DNA of 64,000 nt from Octopus sinensis. Lineage: Eukaryota. Made by a program: the position numbers and the translations under genes. Within the stretch, counting starts at the first letter, position 1. Each line of letters starts with the position of its first letter. The DNA lies in assembly GCF_006345805.1 (NCBI RefSeq), contig NC_042999.1, forward strand, positions 93,682,001 to 93,746,000, read 5' to 3'. The notes below the pieces were generated by a model. It had not been told where the DNA came from. It was given only the letters and a program-made list of their open reading frames with translations, and ran no database searches. Of this stretch, positions 23,960 through 38,094 are shown one piece after another.

Positions 23960-24500
23960 TGTCTGACGATGAATGGTGTTGATACGGCTATAACCTGGAA
24001 GCAGCAATGACGTCAATGGAGACATTCAATGTGCCCACACTCCCGAATGGCGCGTTAAGTGAAATCCAGGTTCAAGACGATGATAATTTCTTTCATCGAT
24101 GCGAAAGCATTATACACATGGAATTTGTTCCTTCTCGTTAACTAGACATTTTCTTGGTAGATCTGAAGCTTTCAGGAAAACTCCATGACAAGTGGAGAGT
24201 GGTGGTTTCATCACGAAAATTCGCCTGCGTATACCGTGAGACAGGTTTTGAACCAAATACCATCGCCCCAGTTACCCACCCTCCCTATTCACTCGATATT
24301 GCTACCTCCGACTAATATGTCTTCCTCCAAATGAAAAAGTCATTGAAGAAAACGTTTTGCAGATATGGAAGAGGTGAAGAAAAAAAAACTGACGTAGGCA
24401 TTAAAAGCGTCACTTCAAACAGTGGAAAACGCTCCTGGACCGACGCGTAGCTTCAAATGGAGAATACTTTGAAGGCGTTAAGTGTGTAAACGTGTAATTC
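23960..24500 (+). mobile_element. Decayed mariner 3' fragment
   Basis: KSRFKTMI, WWFHHENSPA, HPPYSLDIATSD and VASNGEYFEG; several deletions. Confidence 0.8.
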
Positions 24501-24611
24501 TAAGTGAGTGATATCGTATTGCAAAATTCTGGCTTCATATATATATGTGTGTATGAGTGTATGTATGTATGCATATATGTATATATAGATAAAAATGTAT
24601 ACATGTATATA

Positions 24612-24654
<43 letters not shown>

Positions 24655-24992
24655 TATATATATGTATGTATGTGTGTGTGTGTATGTATGTATGTATGTA
24701 TGTATGAAGATCATTCATTAAAAGCAGCGAAAAAGTGGCTTAAAAGATTCCTATTATATTTTCTATATAGTAAATGCACAGAGAAAATGGGCTTGCATTT
24801 TAATTCAGTATGCATACTTGCACATCCAACATATGTTTATAAATTAATACATGCATTTATGTGAGAGAGTGTCTAAATGAATAGCTAAAATGTTGACGTG
24901 TCAGTTTTGGTTTCTAGGTGGTTTCACAATTTAAAAGAGGATTAATAAAAACATTGAAAAGCACAAGATATGAAAGGATGCATTACATGATA

Positions 24993-25055
<63 letters not shown>

Positions 25056-25095
25056 AGTTAATATGCAGTTAAATAGAATACTGCATGTGTGTGCG

Positions 25096-25124
<29 letters not shown>

Positions 25125-25126
<2 letters not shown>

Positions 25127-25842
25127 CAAAAAAAGGCCTCAGAATTTTGGAAAAAATCTTTTATTTCTTTGCTGTTATTACGATCGCTTTCGTTCGATTC
25201 TCGAACTTGTCAAATAAAATTTTGCGAACGTACAAACAGCTTGTTCATTTATATAAAACCCATGTTTTGGGGTGGGCTGTTTAGACAAAGAGAACGTTTT
25301 AATTTTTTGGGGGGTTAAGTTGCATTGAATATTGAAACTTATTGATAGAAATGTTGGTAGGTAGATAGTCTGATAGAAAGATAGACAGAAAGATGGATAG
25401 AGGGGATAGAGAGAAGGGATATCCCTCTTCCTATTCGCCATTCATTCATTATTTATTTATTTTAGTCCTTTATCAATCTATTGGAATGGGTATAATGGCG
25501 GTGACCTCTTAAAAAATACAGGAGCGGCGTGGTCATCACCGAAAGGTTTTTGCTTCCTCTTTCCTTTTTTCCAGTTACTTTCTTCTTCTCCTCTTTGAGT
25601 TATATTTAGAACACAAAATGTGTTGTTTCCCCTCACTCGACTTTTTTTCTTCTTTTCAAACATTCAATTTTGGAGAGAATTTTTTGATGAAATGTAATTC
25701 TGAATGAAAAAAAAAACTTTAGTATAATATAATGTTTTTTTTTTACTTTGAAGAGGTCACCATACTTAACCCATTTAAAATAAATAAATATTTAGTGAAC
25801 AGGAAGGGGGATCCCCCTTCTCTCTCTCACTCCTTCTCTACG

Positions 25843-25906
<64 letters not shown>

Positions 25907-27056
25907 AGCCTATCTATCTATCAGCCTATCTACCTACCTATATTTCTATCTATCCATCTCCATTGTCAATGGAACCTCACCCAAAACACAAAAACAATAT
26001 TCTCGTATTCTAAAAAAGACCCCCACAAAACATCTGTTCTATATAAATGACCAAGCTATTTGTACATTCACAAAGTTATATTCCAGAAGTTCTCAATCAC
26101 AGATCTTTTTAATCAAATTTTTTAACTAAACAGTCTGAAACTTCGAATACTGTTAGAATTTTTCACGTACAACACGGTTTACTCTGAACGTTTTTGACAA
26201 AATTGCGTAGTTTAGAAGTTATTTCATGTTAAATTTGTGGTATTTGGGTAATTTCAACCTATCAACGACGTGTATTCGGTTGACGAAGGCTACTGCTGTT
26301 TGCAATGGTAATCGAAGGAACAACTGCCTTGTCATTTCTACTATATGTCACCACTCAGTTCTATTCGTATGTTGTGCAAAAACGATGCTACCTTTATCCT
26401 TTCTTCCTTTCTAGTCATCACCGTACATTCCTTACTCTTTTCCGCCCTTCTACGCTATCAACTAGCAACCAGCGATCGAACGTATTACTGGCACTGCAAT
26501 TACCGTATTTTCCGGTGTATAATGCGCTATTTGTTTTGTTGACCATCATGTTTTGATAATGTTATATTTTATCTAATAAAGACTTTTATACTGACGACAT
26601 GTGTTTGTTGTTGATTATAGTTATAGTATTATAGTAAGATAAAATCATAACAATAACAATACATCGCATAGCTGTAAAATAAGGCATTTTGAAACTACAT
26701 ATGCGTCAAACACAAAAAAGCTAGCTGCGGCCTCGTGATCACATTTAGTAGAGATGACTCGAAAGTTATTAATCTTCGGTTACTAGAAAAGAGCAGTAGC
26801 CTTCTTCAACCGAATACACGTCGTTGATTGGTTGAAATTACACAAATACGACAACTTTGACACGAAATAATTCTAAAATACAAAATTTGGTTAATAAGTT
26901 CAGAGTAAACCGTGTTCTACGTGAGAAATTCTACCGGCATGTAAAGTTACAAACTGTTTAGTTAAAAAAAAAATTAAAACATCTGTGATTATCTAGCGCT
27001 CATAATAACGAAGAAATAAAAAGTTTTTTCCTAAAATTCTGACGACATTTTTCTTG
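25125..27056. mobile_element. Long-TIR (foldback-like) element A; right arm interrupted by element B
   Basis: Left arm 25125-25517 is the diverged reverse complement of 25742-26094 plus 26991-27056. Confidence 0.65.
26095..26990. mobile_element. Non-autonomous long-TIR element B (about 220-bp TIRs)
   Basis: 26095-26317 and 26774-26990 are inverted (e.g. AACACGGTTTACTCTGAAC and TCAACGACGTGTATTCGGTTGA with their complements). No ORF. Confidence 0.8.
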
Positions 27057-27090
27057 ATATTCAATTTCTGTACATCACACCTAACACACA

Positions 27091-27172
<82 letters not shown>

Positions 27173-27254
27173 CCTCTTTCTTTCTTTCTCTCCTTATCTC
27201 CCATATATATATAATCATAAAATGCGGAAAACTTTTGATCTGCATGCTAATTGA

Positions 27255-27615
27255 AGGTGCATGTCTCAGTGGTTAGAGCATCGAGTTTACGATCGTGAGG
27301 TTGGAAGTTCGATTCCCGGACCGGGCTGCGTGTTGTGTTGTTGAGCAAGACACTTTATTCACGTTGCTCCACTTCACTCAGCTGTAAGAGTGAGTTGCAA
27401 CGACACTGGTACCCAGCTGTATCGGCCTTTGCTTTCCCTTGGATAACGTCAGTAGTGTGGTGAGGGGAGGCTTGTGAGAATAGGCAACTGCTGGTCTTCT
27501 GTAAAAAGAAGCCTAGGTTGTACGTTCGCTGGTGAGGCGACTTTCCGCCCAGACTAGTGCCCGAGAGGGGATCCTCAAAGGTGCACTCATGTTTATTCGT
27601 GACCAATGGAGTCGA
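27255..27615 (+). mobile_element. Full-length tRNA-derived SINE (family C)
   Basis: A-box CTCAGTGGTTAGAG, B-box GTTCGATTCC (27307-27316), central TTGAGCAAGACACTT...TCACTCAGCTGTA core; ends in (TA)n. Confidence 0.85.
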
Positions 27616-27688
<73 letters not shown>

Positions 27689-27716
27689 GGTTTGGAGATG
27701 ATGTACAGGTATTTTA

Positions 27717-27998
27717 TATTAGAAGAAATAAGGTACTCAGAAATTCGGATGGTTTAATATTTACAGATATTTATTTTTATATTACATGTTTTTATACATC
27801 ATATAATTTATATCATATATCATATATTAGCGCTTTCGTCCAGAATGGACGCAATTGGAAAAATCCCCCAGAATGGACGAAAGCGCTAATATATGATATA
27901 CGATATAAGTTATATGATGTATAAAAACATGTAATATACAAATAGATATCTGTAAATATAAAACAATCCGAATTTCTGCGTACCTAATTTCTTTTATA
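27717..27998. repeat. Near-perfect palindrome / MITE-like hairpin (about 125-bp arms, about 30-bp spacer)
   Basis: 27717-27842 is the reverse complement of 27874-27998 with few mismatches. Confidence 0.9.
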
Positions 27999-28011
27999 TA
28001 TATATATATAT

Positions 28012-28325
28012 AAGCACTCCGTCGGTTACGACGATGAGGGTTCCGGTCTACCCGAATCAACGGAACAGCCTGCTCGTGAAATTAACGTGTAAGTGGCTGA
28101 GCACACCACAGACACGTGCACCCTTAACGTAGTTCTCGGGTATATTCAGCGTGACAGGTACAACAGAAACAGGAAGTAAGAGTGAAAGAAAGTTGTGGTG
28201 AAAGAGTACAGCAAGGATCACCACCATCCCCTGCCGGAGCTCGTGGAGCTTTTAGGTGTTTTCGCTCAATAAACACTCACATGACTGCGAGTCCGCTGCC
28301 GTAACCACTGGGCCATTGCGACTCC
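28012..28325 (-). mobile_element. tRNA-derived SINE (family D), internally deleted
   Basis: Shares GTGGCTGAGCAC...GTTCT...ATTCAGCGTGACA with 38890-39115 and 40880-41185. Head GCAATGGCCCAGTGGTTACGGCAGCGGACTCGC on minus. Confidence 0.7.
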
Positions 28326-28441
28326 CTATATATAGATATAGATATAGATAGATATATACATATATATATATAAAACATACATATATATGCATATATAATA
28401 TACATACATATACATATAGATATAATACATACATACATATA

Positions 28442-28506
<65 letters not shown>

Positions 28507-28559
28507 CAATATAAATAATTTGGGAAAACAAATTTCCATATCTATCAGGTGCAACCCTT

Positions 28560-29760
28560 CAGCCTTATATGCATCGAATATCGTATGGAGGAACTACACG
28601 TGTTTCAGTATTGGAAGATTTCAATATATATCCATATACAGAAATGTATACCTATATATAAATATACATATATAAATACATATATGCAATCGTCAGATTT
28701 ATAATTATTCCAACAAATCTTCAGGTTTTCTTTCAAAATATTATATATCTCATTTTACATACCTTTGAATATAAGCAATAAAATTAAGTATTAAGAATGG
28801 AAAATTAAGAATTAAAAATTAAGAATAAAATTTATACTTCGTAATATTAAGAATTAAAATTTGAAAATTATACATTATAGATAAGAATTAGTATATATAT
28901 CAATCATGTAAGATAAAGTATATGTCCAATACAGAGTGTGAAACATAAGATTAAACATCAGAATAAAAATGTCTGTGCTTAAATGTGATATATAACAAGA
29001 AAAATTTTTTTTGCTGGTACTACAATGGTGATTTGAGGAAGAAGATAGCAGGTAACTATGGGTATATATAGATGATTAGTACCAAGAGGGGTAATTACAC
29101 TCTACATAGTTTTAATTCTAAATTATCCACTATTATTATTTTCAAAATTTACCAATATTGGGAGGTATATCTAATCTGTTATATAATATTAGGAATATTT
29201 AATTCATATATTTATTTTATTTAAATATTTTGTGTTTTATTTATTTATATAGTCTATCCAAGTGCTTTAGATATAAAATTATGTGGTTATTTGATTCAGG
29301 GGTTGGGGGTTCAGTACGTCATTTTACTAAATGTAAAATTACTTCGGTGCCTACATTAGACTCCTCGTTAATCATGTGTGTTTCGTAATTCTTCTCTAGA
29401 CTATAGTAGTTTTATAAAATCAGTTATGCATAATAAACAAAGTTTATTCCCAATATTACAGGAGTGGGCTCTACTTATAATACTCCAATTAAGGATGTCC
29501 TCTCATTTTCTAGATTTTAATTCCTGTATATATTTACTTAAGCCTGCAGACGTATTTAAATTGGGATTTTTAAAGGTCTGGTAGTGTTGAAATATTCTTT
29601 TTTATATTTCATTAGCTGTTGATCCAATATAAGCCTTATTTATAATTTTATTATTATTGTTCTTAGAGCTAACAATACGTTTATAAATTACATTATCAAT
29701 ATTACAATTATTAGAGAGCTTACATTTAATCTTATCACGACATGAACATTTTTCTATATG
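28560..29760 (-). mobile_element. Penelope-like element 3' fragment (GIY-YIG endonuclease plus AT-rich 3' region)
   Basis: Single frame 29760-29310: CSCRDKIKC...NVIYKRIV...AYIGST..KRIFQH...LSKYIQELK...WSII..A...CLLC...CRHRSNF, the typical PLE GIY-YIG/CCHH layout. Several in-frame stops. Confidence 0.82.
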
Positions 29761-29869
29761 TTACTTAAGACTTCTATCAATATCTGTTATATTATGGCTA
29801 GAGCTATTATTTATTATGTTATAATAATTATTCAATTTCTTGTTACTTATAGAGGAAATGATATTGCCT

Positions 29870-30860
29870 ACATTTCCCGATGTTACAAGTCCGTTCAGGC
29901 TTCCGCCGCTAGAAGCCTCTTGATGCGACCCTCAGGCATCAGGCTGGCCTTCGGCATCGTCGGGTTAAATTTTACTGCCGCATGATGCGTCATTGTTTTG
30001 CAGTTCTTGCCCACTGTTCGTCGATTTTTGGGACGGCTGAAAAGAAGGAACTTCATGCTTCCATTAAATTCTGTTTTCTGAAAGGGAAAACGGCAGCCGA
30101 AACAGCAGTCATGCTTTAAACAGGTTACAAGGACGCTGCTATAAGCAAAACAATTTCGAAGAGGTTTCCAAGCTTAGGAATTGTCAGTGTAACTTGAAGA
30201 CCAAACTCATTCAGGACGGAAAATAGAACTTCTATCGAAATGTTGAATGTCGTAAACAGTGGCTTGGTAAAAGGGAAAAAGCTCAACCACAACCGAGAAA
30301 GGAACTTCATGGTAAAAAGGTTATCTCTATCTGGTGGGATTGCAAAGGAGTAATTCACTTTGAATTGTTACCACCTAATGCAACAATCAATGCTCAAGTC
30401 TACTGTCAGCAATTGCAGCGTTTGAACCAAGTTTTGAAGAAAAAACGACTCACTTTAGTGAATCGAAAAGGAGTGATATTTCAGGACGATGCACGATCCC
30501 ACACTGCACAGATCACATCACAGAAGATCGAAGAGCTTGGTTGGGAAAAAATTCCTCATCCACCTTGTTTTCCCGACCTTGCTCCTTCTGACTACCATTT
30601 GTATCGTAGTTTACAGAATCATTTGGGGGACATAACTTTCGCAAGCCAGGAAGTGGTCGAAACTGACATTTCAGAGTTCTTCGCTTTGAAACCAAAATAG
30701 TTTTACATTGGTGGGATTAAAAAAAGGTTGTAAATAGAAGGAAGGAAGTTATAGATAATCAGCGGAAGTACATTGATGATTAACTTTCAATTAAATATAA
30801 CATTTGATCACATGTTTTCTTTATTCGAAATTCGGATAGAACTTATGGGGTGACCTGGTA
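29870..30860 (+). mobile_element. mariner (D34D) relic with an internal deletion
   Basis: IKFCFLKGKTAAET, IWWDCKGVIHFELL and QDDARSH-x-PDLAPSDYHL with 34 spacing. Ends ...GGGTGACCTGGTA. Confidence 0.88.
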
Positions 30861-31464
30861 CTTCTACCTCTCAGTAATTTAAATAGCCTGTTTTGTTACT
30901 AAAACTAAATTAACATGAAACAAACTTTATCGTTATAGAAACATATATTATGTACAATGAATAAAAAGAAAATTTATAACAATAACTGAACATCCGAAAA
31001 CTGCATTATTTTGCTGTGTCGAAGTAATCTACACACGCATATAAAAAGTATGTTGGTATTTCGCCAAGAAAATGGCATTCGGTAATTGAATTGACCTACT
31101 ACATATCTCTCGCCTAATTAGAATATGATTCGACATGTTACTGTGTTTGACATTTTAATAGTATTGAGATAATATGCCATGTATAGATTTTAATACATAA
31201 ATATAAGGGAATTGTGTTTTAAAATTACACAAATATTGAGCTAATATTTGATAACACAGAATACGACTGTCTTACTGAGTTTGATCGCATTATCCCAAAA
31301 GGACGCTAACAACATTGATAGATAAAATATATTAAATTTACAAAGTTTTATTGTCATTCATCTTCATCTACTGAACATCTTTCTTTCATTTAGCAATTAA
31401 ATGGTATAATCTCTCCGATAAAACTCCAAATCTCTTTATTCATGCAATATTACAAACGTATTTA

Positions 31465-31690
31465 AGGCGGCGAGCTAGCAAAATCGTTAGCACACTGGCC
31501 GAAATGCTTTTTACGTCTTTACGTCCGCCTTTACGTTCTGAGTTCTAGTAGCGCTGAGGTTAACTTTACCTTTCAACATTTCTCAGTTGATAAAATAAGG
31601 ACCTGTTGAGCACTAGCGCCAATGTAATTCACCTACCTTCTCCCCCGAAATCTTGTTCTTCTACAAAAGCAATTGGAAACAGTTTTCCAG
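31465..31690 (+). mobile_element. SINE family A, diverged
   Basis: AAGGCGGCGAGCTAGCAAAATCGTTAGCAC head, as in 3984-3940. Confidence 0.75.
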
Positions 31691-34600
31691 TTGCATTTCA
31701 ATTCGTAAGATTCAACTATATACTGTAAAATGTGGTTACATAATATTGCATCTTTCCGTCTCTCTTTGCTGTCTTTCAGTCTATCTTTTTCTCCGTATAT
31801 CTATCGATCAATCGACCGATTGATATATATACATACATATCTAATAACGTATATGTAGGAGTAAACACGCTGGTATGACTGAGTTACTCGTGCATGGCCG
31901 CTTGTTATAATGCCAAATGTAATTAAGATTATACTTGTTTGTTTTGATATATTGACCAAATATCACATTTAAATATATCAGCAGTTGTCGTAGTGGAATC
32001 GTTAATTTTTCTTTTACAAGACTCTCAATACCTCTCGCTTATCCTCGTGTGTTTCTCTATTTTTAGTCAGGGTTTCAATTAGTAGCATTCTATTCACATA
32101 TGTCAATTGTTTACAAATAATGGGTCTAATTGAATGAGATTCAAGTCCAAATTTCTATTTCCTTTGACTTTGACGGAGAAAATGCGGCTTTTAAGATATT
32201 TTCACTCTTGGTTGTTTTTATCATTTTCCTTGTCTAATTTCCTTCCGCCTTCTTTAAAGAAAATACCGTATCTATAGAATTCATTTTGGTTGAGAATTAG
32301 AAAGCGAAAATAAAAACAAATATATTAATAGACATGAAAAAAACTAATAATTCATTTTAATGATAGAGAAAATCAAACGAAAATAGAATTGAAATAATTA
32401 ATCTTAAGGTAATGTCTCCTTTGTATTCTATTAAATTATGATAATTCTGTGTTTATCCAAAGCAATTCTTCTCACAAGAAACGCAGTATTCGTGATTAGA
32501 ATTCTCAATAGTATAAGTTGTTAGACAGTAAATTAATTAGCAGGTGCACTTCCCTAAGAGTACAGTCGTTATCGTATTACAAATTTCAGACTGAGACGTA
32601 TTTTGAATAGATTATTGCACTATATCTTTTCTTTAAAGTTTGACTGAAACGAATCTTAGTGTTTTTATTTCTTTAATGTTTCTTTTTATTTAGCGTTATC
32701 AAATAACGTACCAGACAATACTGCGGTCGACTGCGATACTCTCACGCGCGCGCACAAACACACACTCTCTCTCTCTTTATCTTTCTCTCTTTCTCTCTCT
32801 TTTTATCTCTCTTTCTCTCTCTTTTCTCTCTCTTTTCTCTCTCTTTCTCTCTCCCTCTCACTCTCTCAACCTCATTTTTCGGTTATTTTTTGGAAATGGC
32901 TTCGTTGGGCTGTGAAACGAAAATGAACGTGGTGGATTACAGTCACTGTCCCACAATGTGTTAGAATAAGTGGCATGCAATCAACCTCATAAAAAAAATC
33001 TCAAATGCTATCGCAACCATCTACCTTGAAAAAGAAGACGGAAGGGTCGTTATAGAAATTACAAACGAAAAATTGTCGAAGACGTTACCAGTAATCATTG
33101 TCATAGACAATTGAGTCAAAGTAGGATCATGGCATTATCAATATTTGCTATCTCCTAAAACGGGAGCTATCGGTGACATTCGGTTATTGTTTATGATTGC
33201 ATTAATCATGATAAGTACAGTTTTAAAGAAATACATATAATTTGTAACGGGGCAGTTAATAATTATATCTTAGATTATAGTTTTCAGTGTCTATAATGTT
33301 TGAGAGTCTGATTCTTGGGGAACATTTATTAAGCAAGATAACTTATGGGCAACAAAATTGCTCTTGATATGTCATCAATTTATTTTAGTAATATTCTCAG
33401 GATTTATGAGGCACATAAGCTGCTTTGTAGGAAATATAAGCCAGTAGATATCATGCAGTGCCGGATATTAAGTTACGGCCGTTTTCAATTATTTGCCAAC
33501 ATTTCTAATTTACATCAGTAGTAAATCTACTTAAGTATTATACATAGATATATGAATTAAAAATAATAATTTAAACGATGTGAAGCGTTTTGGGCGGGAA
33601 TCCAATGAAAATGTTTTTTACGGTTAATATTAAAATTGTCTAGAACGGTTAAATGCAGGAATGACTTATGGAAAGTATTTAATAATATTGCTACGTTCTG
33701 AATACATCACTTTAGTGGACACCTTCCCCAGTTATCCGTCTGGTATTCAACTGATTGCATCACATCTATCATAAGAATTTGAAGCTTTTAGACCATTTCA
33801 AAACTTAAAACAGATTTTAAATTATTTAAAATATTTTGACCAAATTGGTATGAATAAATTACATACTTTGCAGTTAGAATACGATTGCTACAAGTGAAGT
33901 CTACATGCCGGACGAAAATGTATAAGAATCAAACATCGTGACATAGTTTGTCTTAAATTACTCTACGTAGAATTTTCATTACACGCTCTCCTATTATATT
34001 CCTTGAACTGCGGCTAATCTACCAAGTACAAGAAGTAAAATAGGTTACAAATATTCTGATGAATAATAAAGTGATGAGAAAATATTGATGTATGAGCTTA
34101 CAAATGTGCATGAGGTAGTCAAATCGAAACTACATTTTGTTGGTATATCACCCCCGCATTGATAAGATAAATGAATGAATCATTAATTTAGTTTTGATTC
34201 AATATTCAGCTGTGAAACTCCTCAAAGGTAAATGTTCCGTTGTTATTATTAAACCTATTTTTACTTATACTTTTAATATAGGCATTTAATTCTTCGCAAC
34301 ATAAATTTCAAAATAATCTCGACCTAATATTTCTATCCTAACACCGTTCAAAGTATTGCTCTTTCGGTTCACATTTAGCTGCTTTGCAATAATTGTATAA
34401 TTGATTCTAAAAACAAAATGACTGGCATGGATAGATTGTACCTGTAAACTAATGCAAAATAGATACATTTTGTGGCAGGTTCTAGAAACTGTGTGAACGG
34501 TTTTCATATATTACAGAAAAGGAACAACCACATGAATTCACATTATGACGTAATAATTTTCTACTAACAACATGCAAATGTATTTGCTATAACTATTCAA

Positions 34601-36153
34601 TGAATTCCGTAGGTGCATTTGACATCATGAAATACTAGTGTATATCACTACCAAGACAAAAACCCATAAAGAATTAAAAATAAAATTAGCCAGTATTGGA
34701 GGCTCTAAGTACCTCGATCGACGTACCAAGAGTAGCAAATAAATCTCTTTGAAATAACATTTTACGAAACTAGAAATCACGCATTTATGGATAGTGTGGC
34801 CCTAGTTCACTGAAACTGGTAAAATAAAAATAAAATTCAAAATAGGAATACTTTGGATTGTAAGTAAGCTTCATTAGCGTCAACCTGGAGTTAAATAACG
34901 ACTGTTTTGCAAATATTGAAAGACTTTAATATTATTAATTTTATAATTCCTTATAAATATCAGATGGAAAATTGCTTATATATACAGTTTCTGCTATGAT
35001 TATTCTCAACAAATGATGAAATCGAAAATGTGTGTTGCACCCGGAATTAGAAATATTATGCGACAGAGATATATTCATTCTTGATATAGGTTGCTTTCTT
35101 GTTGATAGACATCGTCTCCCCAAGACACTTAATCTAGCGAAGCAGTGAAAAAAAAGCTTTAATTTCTGAAGACATTTAACATCAAAGTATTAATTATCCC
35201 ATGTGTCGTTCTTATCTTTCCGTAGTACACTGTGAATTAAATTTGAGTTATATTAATATTTTCTCTGATATTTCCATCGTATTTTTATGGAACAGATCAG
35301 TATCATGTATCTGTCTACATTAATTGTACTAACAACAACATGCAATGCAAATGATAGAGCGACGTTAGAATCAGAGTGTAGATATTGTCTAATTTACATT
35401 TTAGCGTATTTAAATATCGCAGATGTTTGAGAAAATAAGTATTTATTCCTTGGCACATATTTAATCAATAATTTAGATCGATGATCATGTATATTATGAA
35501 ATTCACATTGCATGATTATTATATAATAACGCACTTAAAAGTGACAGAATGAAATACATTTCTATAATTCAATATGATACATCTGATAAGTACGAGTAGC
35601 TGTTAACGATAATTCACAAGTGATCAATAATTCTCTTTGAATAAAACTAAGAATATTTCTAATATAGACATACGTATCTGTGGACACACGCACTCACACA
35701 TACAGAAACATACACATACATACATACATACAAACAAGTACATATATGAATAATATATATGCACGTATATATATTTATATGTATGTATATGATATACGCC
35801 TATTGTGTACACGCGTATATATATATTATATATACATACATGCATACATATATGTATATATGTCATTTTACACACACACTTATATATAAAGGTACATATA
35901 TATATATAATACACATACATATATACATATATATATTTATAGATATATACATAGACATTTCGATATATGTGTATCAGCATGTATATACATTTCTGTGCGT
36001 TTATATGATAAATATATCGGGCATAAATCGTTTTAATTCCTTTTACCGTCAATCGAAAGTAATTGAAGGAAAAATTTTCTTACACCAATACGTATTAATT
36101 ATACGTCTTAAGCGTATATAATTCTTCGTAAGATTAATATTTCGATTAATTGC

Positions 36154-36207
<54 letters not shown>

Positions 36208-36632
36208 ATACATATATATGAATACACAAACAGACACACACACACACAACACACACACACACACCACACACACACACACACACACATATATTTCCTCTCA
36301 ATATTACCTCATGTTTTGCGAAATTTGTTGGAAAAGTGCTTATTTCCGCAGGAATTATGTGAGATTGTGCAGAACGGTTAGCGATACAAAGAGTAACATT
36401 TAGAGAAGGCTAGGGAGATACAATCATAGCCTCATATTCGCAAACGCTCTGAAATATGAACACGGTTACGGAGGTATATATGTGTGCATGTATATATAGA
36501 CATACACAAAGTAACCACCATATACATCAATATATATCTATTTATATATATATATACATACATACATATATATATATATGTATATATATATATGCATAAA
36601 TATATATGTATATATATATGTATATATATATA

Positions 36633-36711
<79 letters not shown>

Positions 36712-36895
36712 GTGTGTGTATGGGTCGGTATGGAATAATAAATTTCTAAGATAATTGATGAATATTAATGGAGATTTGTGCAATAGTTTCGAATCTTCTC
36801 GAGAGGTAGTTTACATAAGGGATTTGAGCAGATGATTAATACGTGCATATTACGAAGTAAAATAGCATTATGTACGTATGTATCTGCATATATAC

Positions 36896-36964
<69 letters not shown>

Positions 36965-37225
36965 CTTAAATAGACAAATGAGTTATCTTATTACGGATAA
37001 ATCGAAAGATAACCGATACCTGGGTAGCAAACTCACAACAGAAAAAGCACGGTTGAAGTTACGACCATAGGGCATAAACGCCGTGCCTTAGTGCGGAAAT
37101 TTGAAGTTTAATTTAATATATCAATTCCTTTATTTTATTTTCGACATAAAGTCTTCGAAACATATGTCGAAAATAAAATACAGGAATTTTGTTAAATCTT
37201 CGTTCAGCTCCATACTTTCCTATAC

Positions 37226-37303
<78 letters not shown>

Positions 37304-37417
37304 AGTAGTTGAATGAATTATCTTATTAAGGATAATTCGAATTAACCGATACCTGGGTAGCATATTCACATCAGAAAAAACAGGAATTTTGTTAATTCGT
37401 CGTTCAGGTCCATTCTG

Positions 37418-37549
<132 letters not shown>

Positions 37550-37974
37550 CAACAATTGAGAGTAAAATTAATTAATTAATCAATTTCACCAAGTGTTCAG
37601 TATGTAAAAGGACCATTTAAGGCGAATTCAAAATATTACAAATTTGTTGACACTGTTAGTTGGAGTGGTTCATCTGAAGCGACAAGTTTGCTGATAGGTA
37701 AAGTTCCTTCTTTTAGTGTTTCCAAATCCAAATTAAGAAATTTTTAGCTGACGAAAATGCTGATTTTATTTGGCTAATCTTGATACGTTGACGTGATATT
37801 TTTCTGTATTTACCCCCAAACCTTCGTGAGCTGTCTGGAGTAAACATTATCTGACAGAAATTTTCTTTAAGTAGTAGAAATGCTAAGAAAATTTTTTTTG
37901 GCTGCTATTTCTACTAAGTTCAGTATGTGGCAAAGTAATTTATTTTACTAAGCCCTAATTATATAATGTAATAT

Positions 37975-38056
<82 letters not shown>

Positions 38057-38094
38057 GAGAGAGATAGAGGGACATATATATAAGGAGAATTCAC

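Noticed and set aside
27255-27330. Functional tRNA gene (also the heads at 17540-17608 and 3915-3984)
   Set aside because: No proper acceptor stem, and each continues into a SINE body.
37748-37790. Hammerhead-like CTGACGA...GATACGTT in a dispersed repeat (37550-37960)
   Set aside because: The GAAA box is mutated, stem II is poor and stem I does not pair; it cannot be supported from this copy.
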